A stretch of 64,000 bases of DNA from Selaginella moellendorffii (lineage: Eukaryota > Plantae > Lycopodiophyta), in NCBI RefSeq assembly GCF_000143415.4, contig NW_003314286.1, positions 635,766 through 699,765 of the forward strand. The letters are read 5' to 3'. Shown piece by piece: positions 48,063 to 59,340 of this stretch (the stretch's first letter is position 1; every line of letters begins with the position of its first letter). Both the position numbers and the translations under genes were made by a program. Under the pieces are notes generated by a model. It was not told the DNA's origin. It worked only from the letters and a program-made list of their open reading frames with translations, and ran no database searches.

Positions 48063-49550
48063 TTATTTATTCAAATGTGTTTCCCATGTCTTTACTCTTC
48101 CTTCCAAGCTATGTAAAGGTTCCAACAGCGTCACGACCTGGTCCATACCCGGTCTGAGATGTGATTCCTTCCTTAAGCACTTGAGTGCTACAGCGGCCAG
48201 CCTTCTCATCGAGTTTAGCAGCTCTGGCTCGCTCCTCAGTTCCGAGTCCACCATCTCTTGTAACTTACTCTCCTCGCGCAACAGCCTGGGAATCCATCTT
48301 GTGGAGCCATCATTCCTTGCAAGCAGCCTCTTCATATTCTTGCTTCCAACGAGCAGCTCTAGCAGCACCAAGCCGAAGTCGGCAACATCCCTTTTGATGC
48401 ACTCGTCCCATTTAGAAGAGTCCAAGGCCTGTCAAAATAAACAAGAACGAAAGCTATGGACAAAACTGACGGATTTCCTTACCTTTGGCCTATCCAAGCC
48501 CAGACCGTAGTCCGAAAGTTTGGCATTGAAATCCTTGTCAATCAACACACTCGCAGGAGTAAGGTCTGTGTAAACAACCTGCGAGATCAACGTTGAAATC
48601 TGAGACGTCAATATATACCTTGCTTGCCTGAAAGTAAGCTCTCTCGTGTAAATAAGCGAGACCTCTGGCCGCACCAAGAGCGATATTTACTCTCGTCGAC
48701 CAGTCAAGAGGACGTATATACTGGCTCTTCGAGAGCAGGACGTTCAGGCCTCCATAGTCACAGTGCTCGAACACCAAAAGCCTCTCCAGCTGCCGGTCTT
48801 TGTGCTGTGCAGACGCACAGAACCCGATCAGTTTGCAAACGTTGGGATTTTGCATCCGTGCAATCCATTTCACCTTGGTGATCCAAGTTTCGAGATCCTG
48901 CAAAAACTTCTGACACAAAAGCTTAAATAGGAACTTTCAAGTACCTGAATACTGTCACGGAGCCTAAACACTGCAACTTCGATCTTCCTCTTTCCAATGT
49001 GACGACCATCCCGAATGTGCATGAGGCACTTGTACACTTTCCCAAAGACGCCTTCCCTGATGCAGCACCCGGAAGAGAATTCCTGGCAGGCCGAATAGAG
49101 CTCCTCAAATCTGAAGTACTTCAACTTCACTCCCCATATGTCGGGTGAAACCGGCAGCGAAGAAACGTTCGTTCTTGGCACTAGAGGAGGCACCAGGCAA
49201 TCATCTTCCAACTCCTTTGGTGGGGGAGGAAGTGGCAGCGGCGTTCCTTTGAATGTCCCCTTCTCAACCAGCACATACAGCGGCTCCCACTTTGGAAGTG
49301 ATTCGCAGGATCTTCTCATCGTGTTCTTCCCACCACCTTCCCATGGATTTCTTCCTGCCAGCGGTATTGAAAGTGTGTGTCTGTGAAGCGGACGAGTTGA
49401 CGTTGGTGCGTGGATCCATCGGAGGCCTGGAAACACGGACACCTTTTGAGAACTTCTCATCAGTTCCAAGGATTTCAGGACCAACTCTGCTTCATCCTCA
49501 GTTTTCAATGAATGCCGATTCCTGTCCTTGTGAAACCAGAAGCAGCCCAT
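48063..49550 (-). CDS. Receptor-like cytoplasmic kinase (RLCK-VII/PBL-like), predicted pseudokinase with MGC acylation motif
   Basis: LKYFRFEELYSACQEFS, EGVFGKVYK, LDWSTRVNIALGAARGLAYLHE. Catalytic motifs are altered: VAVF, YTDLTPASV, DYG, no APE. Confidence 0.88.
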
Positions 49551-49852
49551 TCCTGCATCTAGGAGAATGAGGCACCATCAGAAACAGAAAGGTTGAGTAC
49601 CTCACTCGTAGGAGTTTGAGAACGTGGCACATAGCCTCGTGCACTGTGGTGGACCAGCGAGTTTACTAAAATTTCTTTCATGTTGCCTAACACGCTCTGA
49701 GAAAGAAAAAGAAAAAATCCCAAAAATCATGCCACAGTCCGGACGGTTTCAAAATAATAGTCCTGAAATATGTTCCCCATTATTTCATCAACAGAAAAGA
49801 AAAGAATAAAAGAATAAATTCCATGCACTGGTCATGAAAATAATAGAGCGAA

Positions 49853-51334
49853 TCATTCCTTCTTTCCCAGAATCAAGCGCTTCGTCTACACAACAAGATC
49901 AGCAAATCAGCAGTTGACCAAAGAGACATGTTGGACAGACCTGTTCTAGAGTCAAAAACATCACCACGTTCCATGAGCCCAGCCGGACAAAATTTGGAAC
50001 AAATCCTTTGTAAAACGCAGTCACACCCTACAAAACCACCACCACAGTCATGAGCTTGAAATCGAGATTGCGAGGAAACGTTACATCGTTTTGTAAAGTC
50101 TTTACAAAACAGTCGATAGTGCCCTTGTATTTGGAAGAATCTCCCATCATCCTCGATTTCACCTACAAAAGATAAAATGAATTTCTAGTTGGAATCACTG
50201 CTACATACCACATGCTACATACCACATCCACCGGAGATCCAACACAAACGGCAATAAATCCAGCTCCCAATCCGGACAATACGTGAGTTAAACTGTTGTC
50301 TGGAAGGCCAGCTTTTAAAAGTGACTGAAACGAACGTTATGGAGTTGGAAGCTCGTCGAAACTGACCGACACGAACCTGTTTTACTTGATCATAGCTAGC
50401 GAGCTCGGCCGCGTTGATGATAGCGTTACGGGCCACATTTGGACCCAGGCCAGTCCAAAGTTTTGCGAAACCTTCCTGTATGAGATGAAGAGTCCGACTT
50501 GGGATGAAAAGACAGTATGTTCGCCATACCTGTTTCACTATTTTACCATAAGCATCCATTGCTCCGGAGTACCGCCGAGGAACTCCGGGTGCCAGTTTTC
50601 CTTCGGCCTGTAGCCGAACCTTCACAAGATCAGTAGGATTCGCAACAGTTATGGCTAAAGCACCTGCCAAAAGAGATTAATCGTAAGCAAAGACACCAAA
50701 ACCAAGGAACGAAACAGGCCAAAGTAGCAGACCTGTCGTGAGTCCCGCGGCAATTTTCTTGACCAAAGGCACGTCACCGGTGTGATCTTTTCCAACGTAT
50801 AGCATTTTGACCTGCAGCAATCAGTCCATAGCTCATTAGAGATGAAAGAAAAAGAAGGAAAAAGAAAAAAAAAAGAGAGTAGAAGAGCCTCGATCAACTT
50901 ACAGGCTCATAAAGCCCAATTCGAAGACCTCCAAACAAAACCTGGCGGTGCAAGCCAGGAACGATTCCTTTCCACAGCGCTCCGGCGCCCTCTTCCTTGG
51001 CAATAGTCGTCACGGTACCCAACAATCCCCTATACTTCAATCGCGAGGCATCGGCTCCCTCGGCAGCCTTCCCCTGGAGCTGGAGCCTCACCTTAGCAGT
51101 ATCGATAGGAATGGTAGTGACCTACACAAGCAAGCTACTCGTCAATCCAGCCCAAATGCATCACTCCTATCACTAAATCCCGAAATAAACGCGACCCGAT
51201 CGGCAGGGAGGAAGAGGAAGGGGGGAACAAGCACTGACCTCGGCGAAGCAGGCGCTAAAGGCACTGCACGCAAAGTTCTTGGCGATGAGCGACACTGCCG
51301 ACGGCTGGTGCTGGAGCTTCTGATCTGCCGCCAT
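49853..51334 (-). CDS. UCP1: Mitochondrial uncoupling protein (PUMP/UCP, SLC25)
   Basis: [91 protein letters not shown]. Confidence 0.93.
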
Positions 51335-51611
51335 GCCTGGAGCTGGAGGCGCCACAGCCGGATCTTCGCTCCCGATCGATCCGATCGGCTATGGCGCAGC
51401 ACGCATTCAGCTGAAAAAGGCGAGAGGAGCCCTCACTCCCAAGGCAAAATATATATTCCCTAGCTTCCTTTTGTCACTTAAGCAAATCAAGCCAATTAGT
51501 TTAGATTAGCGCATTATGCTTAACACCACAAAGGAGAGAGCTTCTATACAAAATTTACATACAAAAGAAGGAGATCAACTCTTCTCCTTCCTCCTCCTTG
51601 GCTTGTTCTTG

Positions 51612-52812
51612 TCATTTCCAAAACGCGAGGCGAGAGATCTTCTGCGGCAAGCACATCAGCGGCGACGAGAAATTCGTGCTTGAGTCCATGGAGGGCGAGG
51701 AGGAGGAGGAACCCGCTGCCACCACGGACGAGGAAGACGAAGACGACGAACTCCCCTGTGAATTCCTCCTCCAAAACTTGAGGACGTGCAAGCTCTCCTC
51801 CTCGGTGTGGCGCTGCACCACGATCCGGGACGCGAACCCCTTGCTCTGCATTATCCGGCAGATCTCTCCCGGATTGTTGGCGGTGAGCGTGACCAGGTAG
51901 AAGCAGCCCCGGCTGGAGATGATCCCGTCCACCACGCCCAAGAGCCGGTCGATCACCACCCTGCCTCGATCACCCCCGGCCCAAGTCCCTGTGATCCCCG
52001 GAGCTCCAACTTCGTCCTCGGGTGTGGGGACGTATGGAGGATTGAAAACCAGCAGGTCTACGCTGCCGGCCAGCCGCCTCTCGAGGCCCGAGACGAGATC
52101 GGTGCGCACGACGTCCGCCGAGACGCCGTGCGCCTTGAGCGTCTCGAGCGTCGTCTCGGTGGCGGCCTGGTTGATATCTGTGGCAACGTATTGGGACGAC
52201 TCAACTTCGTCGCGCAGCATCAAAGCCAGGGAGGAAATCACGTACCCACTGCCACAGCCAATCTCCATGCACAGCTTGGGCTGGAGCTCCGCAAGGTGGG
52301 AGCGGTCGGCGAGGAGCGCGTCCACCAGCGCGAAGGAGTCGTCGCAGGGCTCGTAGACGTCGGCGTGGCGGGCGACGAGGCGGATGTCGGCAGATTTTCT
52401 TCGCGGCGAGAGGACCTGGAGGAACGAGCACGAATCCGGTGAGACAAAGCACGTAGAAAACTCGAGCCTGACTGAAAGAAAGAGAAGACAATGCAAGACT
52501 CTAGATGCTCGCTCGGGAAAATGCGAAGGAAAGAAATCGTTTGAGAAGGAGAAGGAATGCCAGAGATCCAAAGGGAAAGAGCTCACAAGAAAATGCGAAA
52601 AACAACCAAACTGGAGGGGAAAGAATTACGTTGTTAGCGCTGTAGGTGTGGCGGAGCTGCTCGCGTAGCGACGGCGCCACACTGTCCATGCTCAGGACGC
52701 AATCCATGCTCCGCTTGTGAAAGAGCTGCTTGCGCGAGGTCGAAACCTCAGCTGCTGCTGGCATCAATCAGAGATTCGTCAAACGCACGCGGCAGAGCCA
52801 AAATCTCACCCA
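51612..52812 (-). CDS. N6AMT1: eRF1 glutamine methyltransferase catalytic subunit (HemK2/N6AMT1/MTQ2). Start is either ATG 52812 with the 52757-52630 exon skipped, or ATG 52689/52707
   Basis: DVYEPCDDSFALVDALLAD, MEIGCGSG, NPPYVPTP, WAGGDRGRVVIDRLL. The main exon begins after the acceptor at 52416 and has no in-frame ATG before the conserved region. Confidence 0.92.
52692..52812 (-). promoter_or_regulatory. Candidate spliced uORF, MQQLRFRPRASSSFTSGAWIAS*
   Basis: ATG 52812-52810 is directly followed by GTGAGA; 52-nt intron to a CAGCAGCAG acceptor at 52758; TGA at 52694-52692, then GC, then ATG 52689 in the methyltransferase frame. Confidence 0.6.
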
Positions 52813-53058
52813 TGATTGATTTCTTCACGCGACGCGCCCGGGGAGAAAAGATCCACAAATCAATCGCTCGCTCGCTCTCGCTAGCTCTCGCTAAGACCTA
52901 AGAGCAGAGCCCTAAAATCGTAAAACCGGGGATAAGGAGGAATCGTGCTCCTCGTTGCGGCAGATGTTCGCCTGTGCCGAGGCGATCCGAGATCGTCTTT
53001 CAGGGAAGAAGCTTCCTCGAAAAAGACCTTTTGAAAAGGGCAAAACGAACAAAGGAAT

Positions 53059-55539
53059 CTAGGGCTCCTCAAAACATTTTTTAGGGTTCTTCGCTCGCAG
53101 AAGCTCCAAATTCGCGGGCTCTTCCAGCCACATTCCTCCGGCATCGCTTCTCAGGCACTCCGCCAGCAGCAGCTCATCGCCGTAGGCCATCCCGGGCAAG
53201 AGCAAGCAAGCGACGAGCCCAGATCTCACGGCCTGGTAGACTGCAAATTTGCTGCCGCCGCTCTCGCGCTGGATCATCGCCCACAGGCACTCGACGATCG
53301 CGCCTGCGAGATCATCCTCGCCCGGATCGCCACGATCCACACCCGCGCGCGCACTGCTCCTCCTCGCGAGCAGCCGCGTGAGCTGCTGGACGCCGTCGAC
53401 GAAAACGATCCTCTGGAGCAGCCCCGGCTCCATGGCCAGGTTCTGGATCAACTTCACGAGGTTGTACCGCGCGGCCTCTCCCTGATCTTCGCGCGACAGT
53501 AGCTCCACCACCACCTTTAGATTCCGGCTGTGAGGCCCCGCGACTAGCATCCTCCCCTCTCTCGAGCAGCAGGAGATTTGGACGAGACGATTACTCGCCC
53601 AGGCCGCGTCCTCCATCGCCCCGGCGGTGATAGTTTCCATCAGCTCCTGGATCGCGGCGATAAGATTTCCTCCCTCGTCCTGGCGCTCGAGCGCCACCTT
53701 CAAATTCTCGCTAGCTTCACTGTCGCTGCGATCGATGAGGCCGAAGCTATAGCATCGCCCGAGCTCCACAATCGCGCTCGTGTAGTCCTTGGCGGCCGAT
53801 TCTCGGTAGAGACACATCGCTTGCACGGCATTGGCTTGGATCCCTCCTGCTCCTCCACGCTCGTAGATCATTCCCAGCCGCCACAGCGCCTCTGGATCGC
53901 CCAACAACGCCGCCATCCTGTACCACGTCCGGGCCTCCAAGAACTTGTGCTCGCTTCCTCTCCAGTCCGCCATGAGATCGCCCATCCCGACCTGGATCTT
54001 GATCTTCGTGGCTTCGGAAAGAGCGCTAGAGTCTTGGATCCATTCCCTAAGAGCTCCGAGTGGAATCGTCCGCTGTTCCACCGCATTGCGCAGCAGCCAA
54101 TTCTCTCCCAAGTAGTAGACCAGCGCCTCTAGCTCGTCGGCAGAGAGATCGGCAAGGAAAGATCCGCCAGTGTTCTTGGTGATCCTGCTTCGCGTCTCGA
54201 GGCCCCGGATCATCCCCAGAAAGTCGCAAATCTCCGAGAACTCGGGGCGCATTCGATCCTCTTCATGGCGGCACCTAGAGAGAAATTCGGCAATGTAGTC
54301 TGGAATTCCGCCTAGTCCATCGTCGCCACCCAAGATCTCGTAGCATACCATTGCGAAGTCGCGAACGTCGGCTTCCCTGGAGTACAAACTTCCACCGTTC
54401 TGATCGAAAACCATCCTCTTTGCCGAGCCTGTTCTTGAGGAAGTTCTTGCGATCCTCGAGAGGATCTTCGCGAGCCCGAAATCCGAGAGCTTGACGATGA
54501 AATCTCCAGTGCTGGAGAAGCTCACGAGAGCGTTCCTCGTCTTGAGGTTCGTGTGAATGATCCTGAGATCGTGCAAGCACCTCATCCCCCGGGCGATCTG
54601 GAGCATAATATCCAGCGATTGATCCAGGGAGAAGGGCCCCGGCTGTGAATCCTCACCTCGAGCTCGACCCCTCGCCTTCCCCGCGATCACGGCCGAGAGA
54701 TTTGTGCTCATCAGCTCCATCACCAGCGAGCAGCCCTGGTCTCCCCGCGGCGCGATCCCCAGGACGCGCACCAGATTGGGATGGATTGCGTGGAAGAGCG
54801 GCGCAGCATTGCTTCCCAGATCGACCGGCAGCACCTTCTCCGCGAAGCTCTGCCGCAGCCATCGTGTTTGATAAACCCTAATGCCCTGACTATGGCCGAT
54901 GGTTTTCCCGCGCTGGAGCTCCGCGGAATTGATCCTGTATGCTCCGGCCATCTCGCGCGGATCGAGCCGAGGGATGAGCGTTAGCGCCATCTGATGGAGC
55001 TGCTTGTTCTTCTCTCGATCTATCGTCTTGCACAAGACCTTGGATTTCTGGAGGATTTCTAGCCGATCGCGCCGCGACAGCTCCTCCAGCGATGATGCTC
55101 GCAGGCTGCCCAGAGTCTCCTCCATGTAACCAAGAAGGACCCCCTCGTCGGGTAGGATGCGAGTGAGCGCCAGGGATTTGCACAGATCTTCCACCGCGAC
55201 TTCGAATTCCTGCTGGTTTTCTTCCTTGAGCAGGGCCTTCTCCAGCCACTGCGCCCTGGATCTGCCGCAGGAGGAGACGAGGTCGAGGCACTTGATCACG
55301 GCTGCCTTGACGATGCTTTGGAATCCTCCATAGCTCTGTTCTTCCACGAACCCTTCCACGAAACGAGCGAGGAATTTGCACTGCCATATCGCGATCTCCG
55401 AATTCTCGGCCGCAGACGCTATCCGCTCTACCAGATCCGCCAGCGGCCGCTGCTGATCGATTGAAAAATCTTGCGAATCCGCGGCATCGAAGCAGCTGCT
55501 ACTGCTAGAAGAGATATCTCTCCTGGAATCCAAAGACAT
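53059..55539 (-). CDS. Intronless MLKL-like protein: HeLo/DUF1221-like N-terminus + pseudokinase + SEL1-like repeats + ARM-like helical C-terminus
   Basis: N-terminus IWQCKFLA...CLDLVSSC...WLEKAL...NQQEF; kinase fold PFSLDQSLDIMLQIARGMRCLH..IIHTNLKTRNALV..VKLSDFGLAK..ADVRDFAMVCYEIL; SEL1-like EARTWYRMAALLGDPEALWRLGMIYERG and QAMCLYRESAAKDYTSAIVELGRCYSFG. Confidence 0.85.
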   Translation of the reverse strand: MSLDSRRDISSSSSSCFDAADSQDFSIDQQRPLADLVERIASAAENSEIAIWQCKFLARFVEGFVEEQSYGGFQSIVKAAVIKCLDLVSSCGRSRAQWLEKALLKEENQQEFEVAVEDLCKSLALTRILPDEGVLLGYMEETLGSLRASSLEELSRRDRLEILQKSKVLCKTIDREKNKQLHQMALTLIPRLDPREMAGAYRINSAELQRGKTIGHSQGIRVYQTRWLRQSFAEKVLPVDLGSNAAPLFHAIHPNLVRVLGIAPRGDQGCSLVMELMSTNLSAVIAGKARGRARGEDSQPGPFSLDQSLDIMLQIARGMRCLHDLRIIHTNLKTRNALVSFSSTGDFIVKLSDFGLAKILSRIARTSSRTGSAKRMVFDQNGGSLYSREADVRDFAMVCYEILGGDDGLGGIPDYIAEFLSRCRHEEDRMRPEFSEICDFLGMIRGLETRSRITKNTGGSFLADLSADELEALVYYLGENWLLRNAVEQRTIPLGALREWIQDSSALSEATKIKIQVGMGDLMADWRGSEHKFLEARTWYRMAALLGDPEALWRLGMIYERGGAGGIQANAVQAMCLYRESAAKDYTSAIVELGRCYSFGLIDRSDSEASENLKVALERQDEGGNLIAAIQELMETITAGAMEDAAWASNRLVQISCCSREGRMLVAGPHSRNLKVVVELLSREDQGEAARYNLVKLIQNLAMEPGLLQRIVFVDGVQQLTRLLARRSSARAGVDRGDPGEDDLAGAIVECLWAMIQRESGGSKFAVYQAVRSGLVACLLLPGMAYGDELLLAECLRSDAGGMWLEEPANLELLRAKNPKKCFEEP

Positions 55540-55639
55540 GGCGGAGAAAACTCCTCACCTTCGAAAGTCGCGATAGACCTCAAAGAATCCCTGTTGAGGC
55601 GGCGGACTGTGCCCCTCATCCATCGATCCGGCGCGTGGA

Positions 55640-57253
55640 ATGCCGGCGGTCTTGGAGCTTTCCCTGGACGCATCCGAGAGAGAGCTCGCCGATCGCCTCA
55701 GAAGCGCCAAGAACACCGCGCAATGTCAGCTCCTCCATGCCCAGATCCTCGCGAGCCGGCGCCACCGTGACAGCCTCTTCCTCGCGAATGCGCTCATCCA
55801 GATCTACGGCAGATGCAACGAGGCCGGAAAATCAAAGCGCGTCTTCGATGGAATGGAACGCCATTGCTTCCTCACCTGGAAGCTCCTCCTCCAGGCATAT
55901 GCCCTAAAGGGGCATCTGGACGATGCCAAGCGAACATTCGAAGCCATGCCCGAGAGAGATGCCGTGTGCCACAACATCATGATCACGGCCTATGGAAGAG
56001 CCGGCCAGCTGGAGCACGCCAAGCGTATGTTTGACACGTCGGTGGAGTGGAGCATCGTGACGTGGAATGCCCTGCTGGCAGCATATACCGAGAACCGGCA
56101 TTTTGACCAGGCGGTGGAAATATACCGGATTATGCCCGCCGTGAGCATCGTCTCCGCGAACACGATGATGCATGGCTATGCCCTAGAGGGCCGGATCGAG
56201 GACGCTGCCGCGATCTTTGATCGAATGCCGGAGATCAGCATGGTTTCGTGGACGGAGCTCCTCGCACTCCATGCCCAGAGGGGGAATTTGCCGCGGGCGA
56301 GGAAGATCTTTGCACAGGTGCCCGAGTTGAATGTAGTGATGGCCACTGCGATGATCCAGGCGTGCGCGCAAAGCGGGGAATTGCGGCGAGCAGTGGCGAT
56401 CTTTGAGAGGATGGGCGAGAGGAATCTTGTGGCGTGGACGGCGATGGTGTGCGCATTCGTCCAGGGCGGGGATTTGGCGTCGGCGAAAGCGCTGTTCGAT
56501 TCAATGCCGGAGCACGACACCGCCTCGTGCAATGCAATGCTCCAGGCGCTAGTTTCCTTGGGATTTCTCGAGGAATGCAAGGGAATGTTTGATTCCATGG
56601 TCGATCGAAACGAAATCTCGTGGGCAGTGATGCTCGAGGCGTATGCCCAGACAGGGGATCTCCAGCAGGCGAAGCAGCTCTTCGATTCCATGCCCGATCA
56701 AACGCTAGTGGCACGGACCGCGATAATGGGTCTCTTTGCAGAGAAGGGACACTTGCGTCTGGCGAAGAAGATCTTTGACACGATGTTCTTGCGGGACACG
56801 ATCGCTTGGAATGCTATGGTAGCTGCAAATGCCCGGAGCGGGCATGCTACCGCATCGCTGGATCTCTTCCACCGCATGGCCGTAGAGGGCTATAACCGCG
56901 AGGAGCTCGCGTTCGTCAGCGTTCTTGCGTCGTGCGCGCAAATGGGCGCGCTGGAGCGCGCGCGGGGCTACTTTGTGTCGATGGAATTCGACCACGGGCA
57001 AGCGCCTGAGCTGGAGCACTACTCGTGCATTGTGGATGTGCTCGCGAGGCTGGGCTACCTCCGCCAGGCGCGAGAGCTCCTCTCCACCATGCCCTTCGTG
57101 CCCAACGATTCGAGTTACAAGGCGGTGCTCAGCGCTTGCCGGATCCAACATAACGTCCGCCACGCGTCTGGGATCCTGCGCGAGTGCCACACCAACCACT
57201 GGGACACGGCGGCGCCGCTAGTCCTCTTCTCCAACGCCGCCAGGAGCCACTAA
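55640..57253 (+). CDS. PLS-class PPR protein with E domain and no DYW
   Basis: FLANALIQIYGRC, ~31-aa motifs (RNLVAWTAMVCAFVQGGDLASAKALFDSMPE), PELEHYSCIVDVLARLG...MPFVPN...VLSACRI. Confidence 0.94.
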   Translation: MPAVLELSLDASERELADRLRSAKNTAQCQLLHAQILASRRHRDSLFLANALIQIYGRCNEAGKSKRVFDGMERHCFLTWKLLLQAYALKGHLDDAKRTFEAMPERDAVCHNIMITAYGRAGQLEHAKRMFDTSVEWSIVTWNALLAAYTENRHFDQAVEIYRIMPAVSIVSANTMMHGYALEGRIEDAAAIFDRMPEISMVSWTELLALHAQRGNLPRARKIFAQVPELNVVMATAMIQACAQSGELRRAVAIFERMGERNLVAWTAMVCAFVQGGDLASAKALFDSMPEHDTASCNAMLQALVSLGFLEECKGMFDSMVDRNEISWAVMLEAYAQTGDLQQAKQLFDSMPDQTLVARTAIMGLFAEKGHLRLAKKIFDTMFLRDTIAWNAMVAANARSGHATASLDLFHRMAVEGYNREELAFVSVLASCAQMGALERARGYFVSMEFDHGQAPELEHYSCIVDVLARLGYLRQARELLSTMPFVPNDSSYKAVLSACRIQHNVRHASGILRECHTNHWDTAAPLVLFSNAARSH

Positions 57254-57277
57254 CCGATCCATTGCCAAGCTTCTTGT

Positions 57278-58949
57278 TTACTGCTTGACAACGGGAATGG
57301 AGGCCATCGCTGCCGCGGCTTTCTCGTCGGAATAGTCGAGATCTTCGATCTCTCCACTCAGAAACTTCTCGTACGAGGCGAGATCAAAGTGGCCGTGGCC
57401 GCACAGTGCCATGACAATCACTTTGGCCTCGCCACTCTCTCGGCATCGCTCCGCTTCACGGATGGTAGCAGCGATCGCGTGTGTTGGCTCAGGTGCTGGA
57501 ATTATTCCTTCGCTTCGAGCAAATTGTAGAGCTCCTGGACATACCAGTCTTTAGCCAGGAATACCAGTAAAAGAGCGATTTTCTACCTTGGAAGCATTCT
57601 TTCTGCGGTATAGCTATGGCCTCCATGAGCTTAAGATTGTAGAGGTGTGATATCAGCGGTGCCATTCCATGGTACCTCAATCCTCCTGAGAAACTGGAAA
57701 GTTACAAAAGTTGATAAACGCGAAACTTACCAGCGTGGATGGGATCTGGAATAAAGTCGTGCCCGAGCGTATGCATCTTCATCAGGGGCGTAAACCCGGC
57801 AGTGTCACCATAGTCGTAAGCGTACACTCCTCTTGTGAGTGATGGACAAGCCGCCGGCTCGACTGCTCGGATCACCGGATTCATCTTCCCTGCGAACTTC
57901 TCCCGAAGAAACGGGAAAGCCAAGCCTCCAAAGTTCGATCCGCCGCCAGTGCAACCGATGAGTATGTCCACGTCGGTCTCTCCGGCTTTGGCCAGCTGAA
58001 GCAAGCATTCCTCGCCGATCACCGTCTGGTGGAGAAGGACGTGATTGAGGACGCTCCCCAGTGCGTAGTGCGTGCTCGAGTCTTGGACAGCAACTTCCAC
58101 GGCTTCAGAGATGGCAAGGCCCAGGCTCCCCGGACAGTTCGGATCCTCGGCTAGCATTTTGCGGCCCGTGGCGGTAATAGCCGACGGGGAGGGGTAAACT
58201 TTCGCTCCCCACGTCTCCATCATCGTCTTCCTGTGTGGCTTCTGGTCGTAAGATGCACGAACCTGCCATACCTGCAACGCAACTATATAGCTTCTTTCTC
58301 ACTACGAACTTCAAGTGGCTATACCTCGCAGTCGAGATTGAAGATTGAGCAAGCAAAAGCCAGAGCGCTTCCCCACTGTCCAGCACCAGTTTCAGTGGTG
58401 AGACGCTTGATTCCTTCCTTGGCATTGTAAAACGCCTGTGGGACGGCCGTGTTCGGCTTGTGTGATCCCGCTGGACTCACACCCTCGTACTTGTAGTAAA
58501 TCCTTGCAGGAGTTTCTAGCAACCGTTCTAGTCGCTTGGCCCTGGCATGCATAACAGTACAACTAAGCGATGAAGGAAAGGCTTCGAAAAAACTCAAACC
58601 TGAAGAGAGGCGTTGGCCTCCACAGCTTGTACACCTCGAGGACCTCGTCTGGAATGCCAATGTAGCGATCGCTGGACATCTCCTGGCGAATAAGTTCTTG
58701 GGGAAATAAAGCCCCCATGCCCTCTGCTTTCAACGGCTCCAAGCTTCTAGGATCCAGAGGAGGCGGTGGCGGCTGCGGCAAATCTGCGGTAATGTTGTAC
58801 CATTTTGCTGGAAGATCCTTCTCATCCAGACTAACCTTTGTGTTGCTGCCACACCTTCTAACCGATAACAGCCTTCTCTTAGCAGCAAAATCATACAGCC
58901 GGAACTGGAGAACTCTATGGTGCATCGACGCAGCCGTGAGGTTAAACAT
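57278..58949 (-). CDS. Tryptophan synthase beta chain, type 2 (TrpB2-like); start approximate
   Basis: [84 protein letters not shown]. Confidence 0.94.
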
Positions 58950-59340
58950 CAGAAGGGCGCATTGCAACTGGTAAAAAAGCACCAAGACTTTCATAAAATG
59001 AAAACAAGAGTTTACCTGCGCTGTAATCTGAAAGAAATAAGAATATAATATGAGGTAAAATTGACACTATGGAGATCTTTAAGATTTCACTGTCGGCGAC
59101 CTTCGAGCGTGCCTCCTGTTAAAACTCGTTCTGATTTGCAGCGTGGAGGTGGCCGAGCAAAAAATTTTGAAACGAAGAATTCTTTGGGAGTTCTTCGGGA
59201 CGAGCCGGCCTTCAAAGAGAGAAAAATAAGAATTAAGGATCATAGCAATTTTAAAATTAACCATATGTTGAAAGAAAAACATCTATATACAAAAAGCCAT
59301 TCTTGCGTGAAGGAGGCTTCTGGTTCTGTGTCGCAAACAG

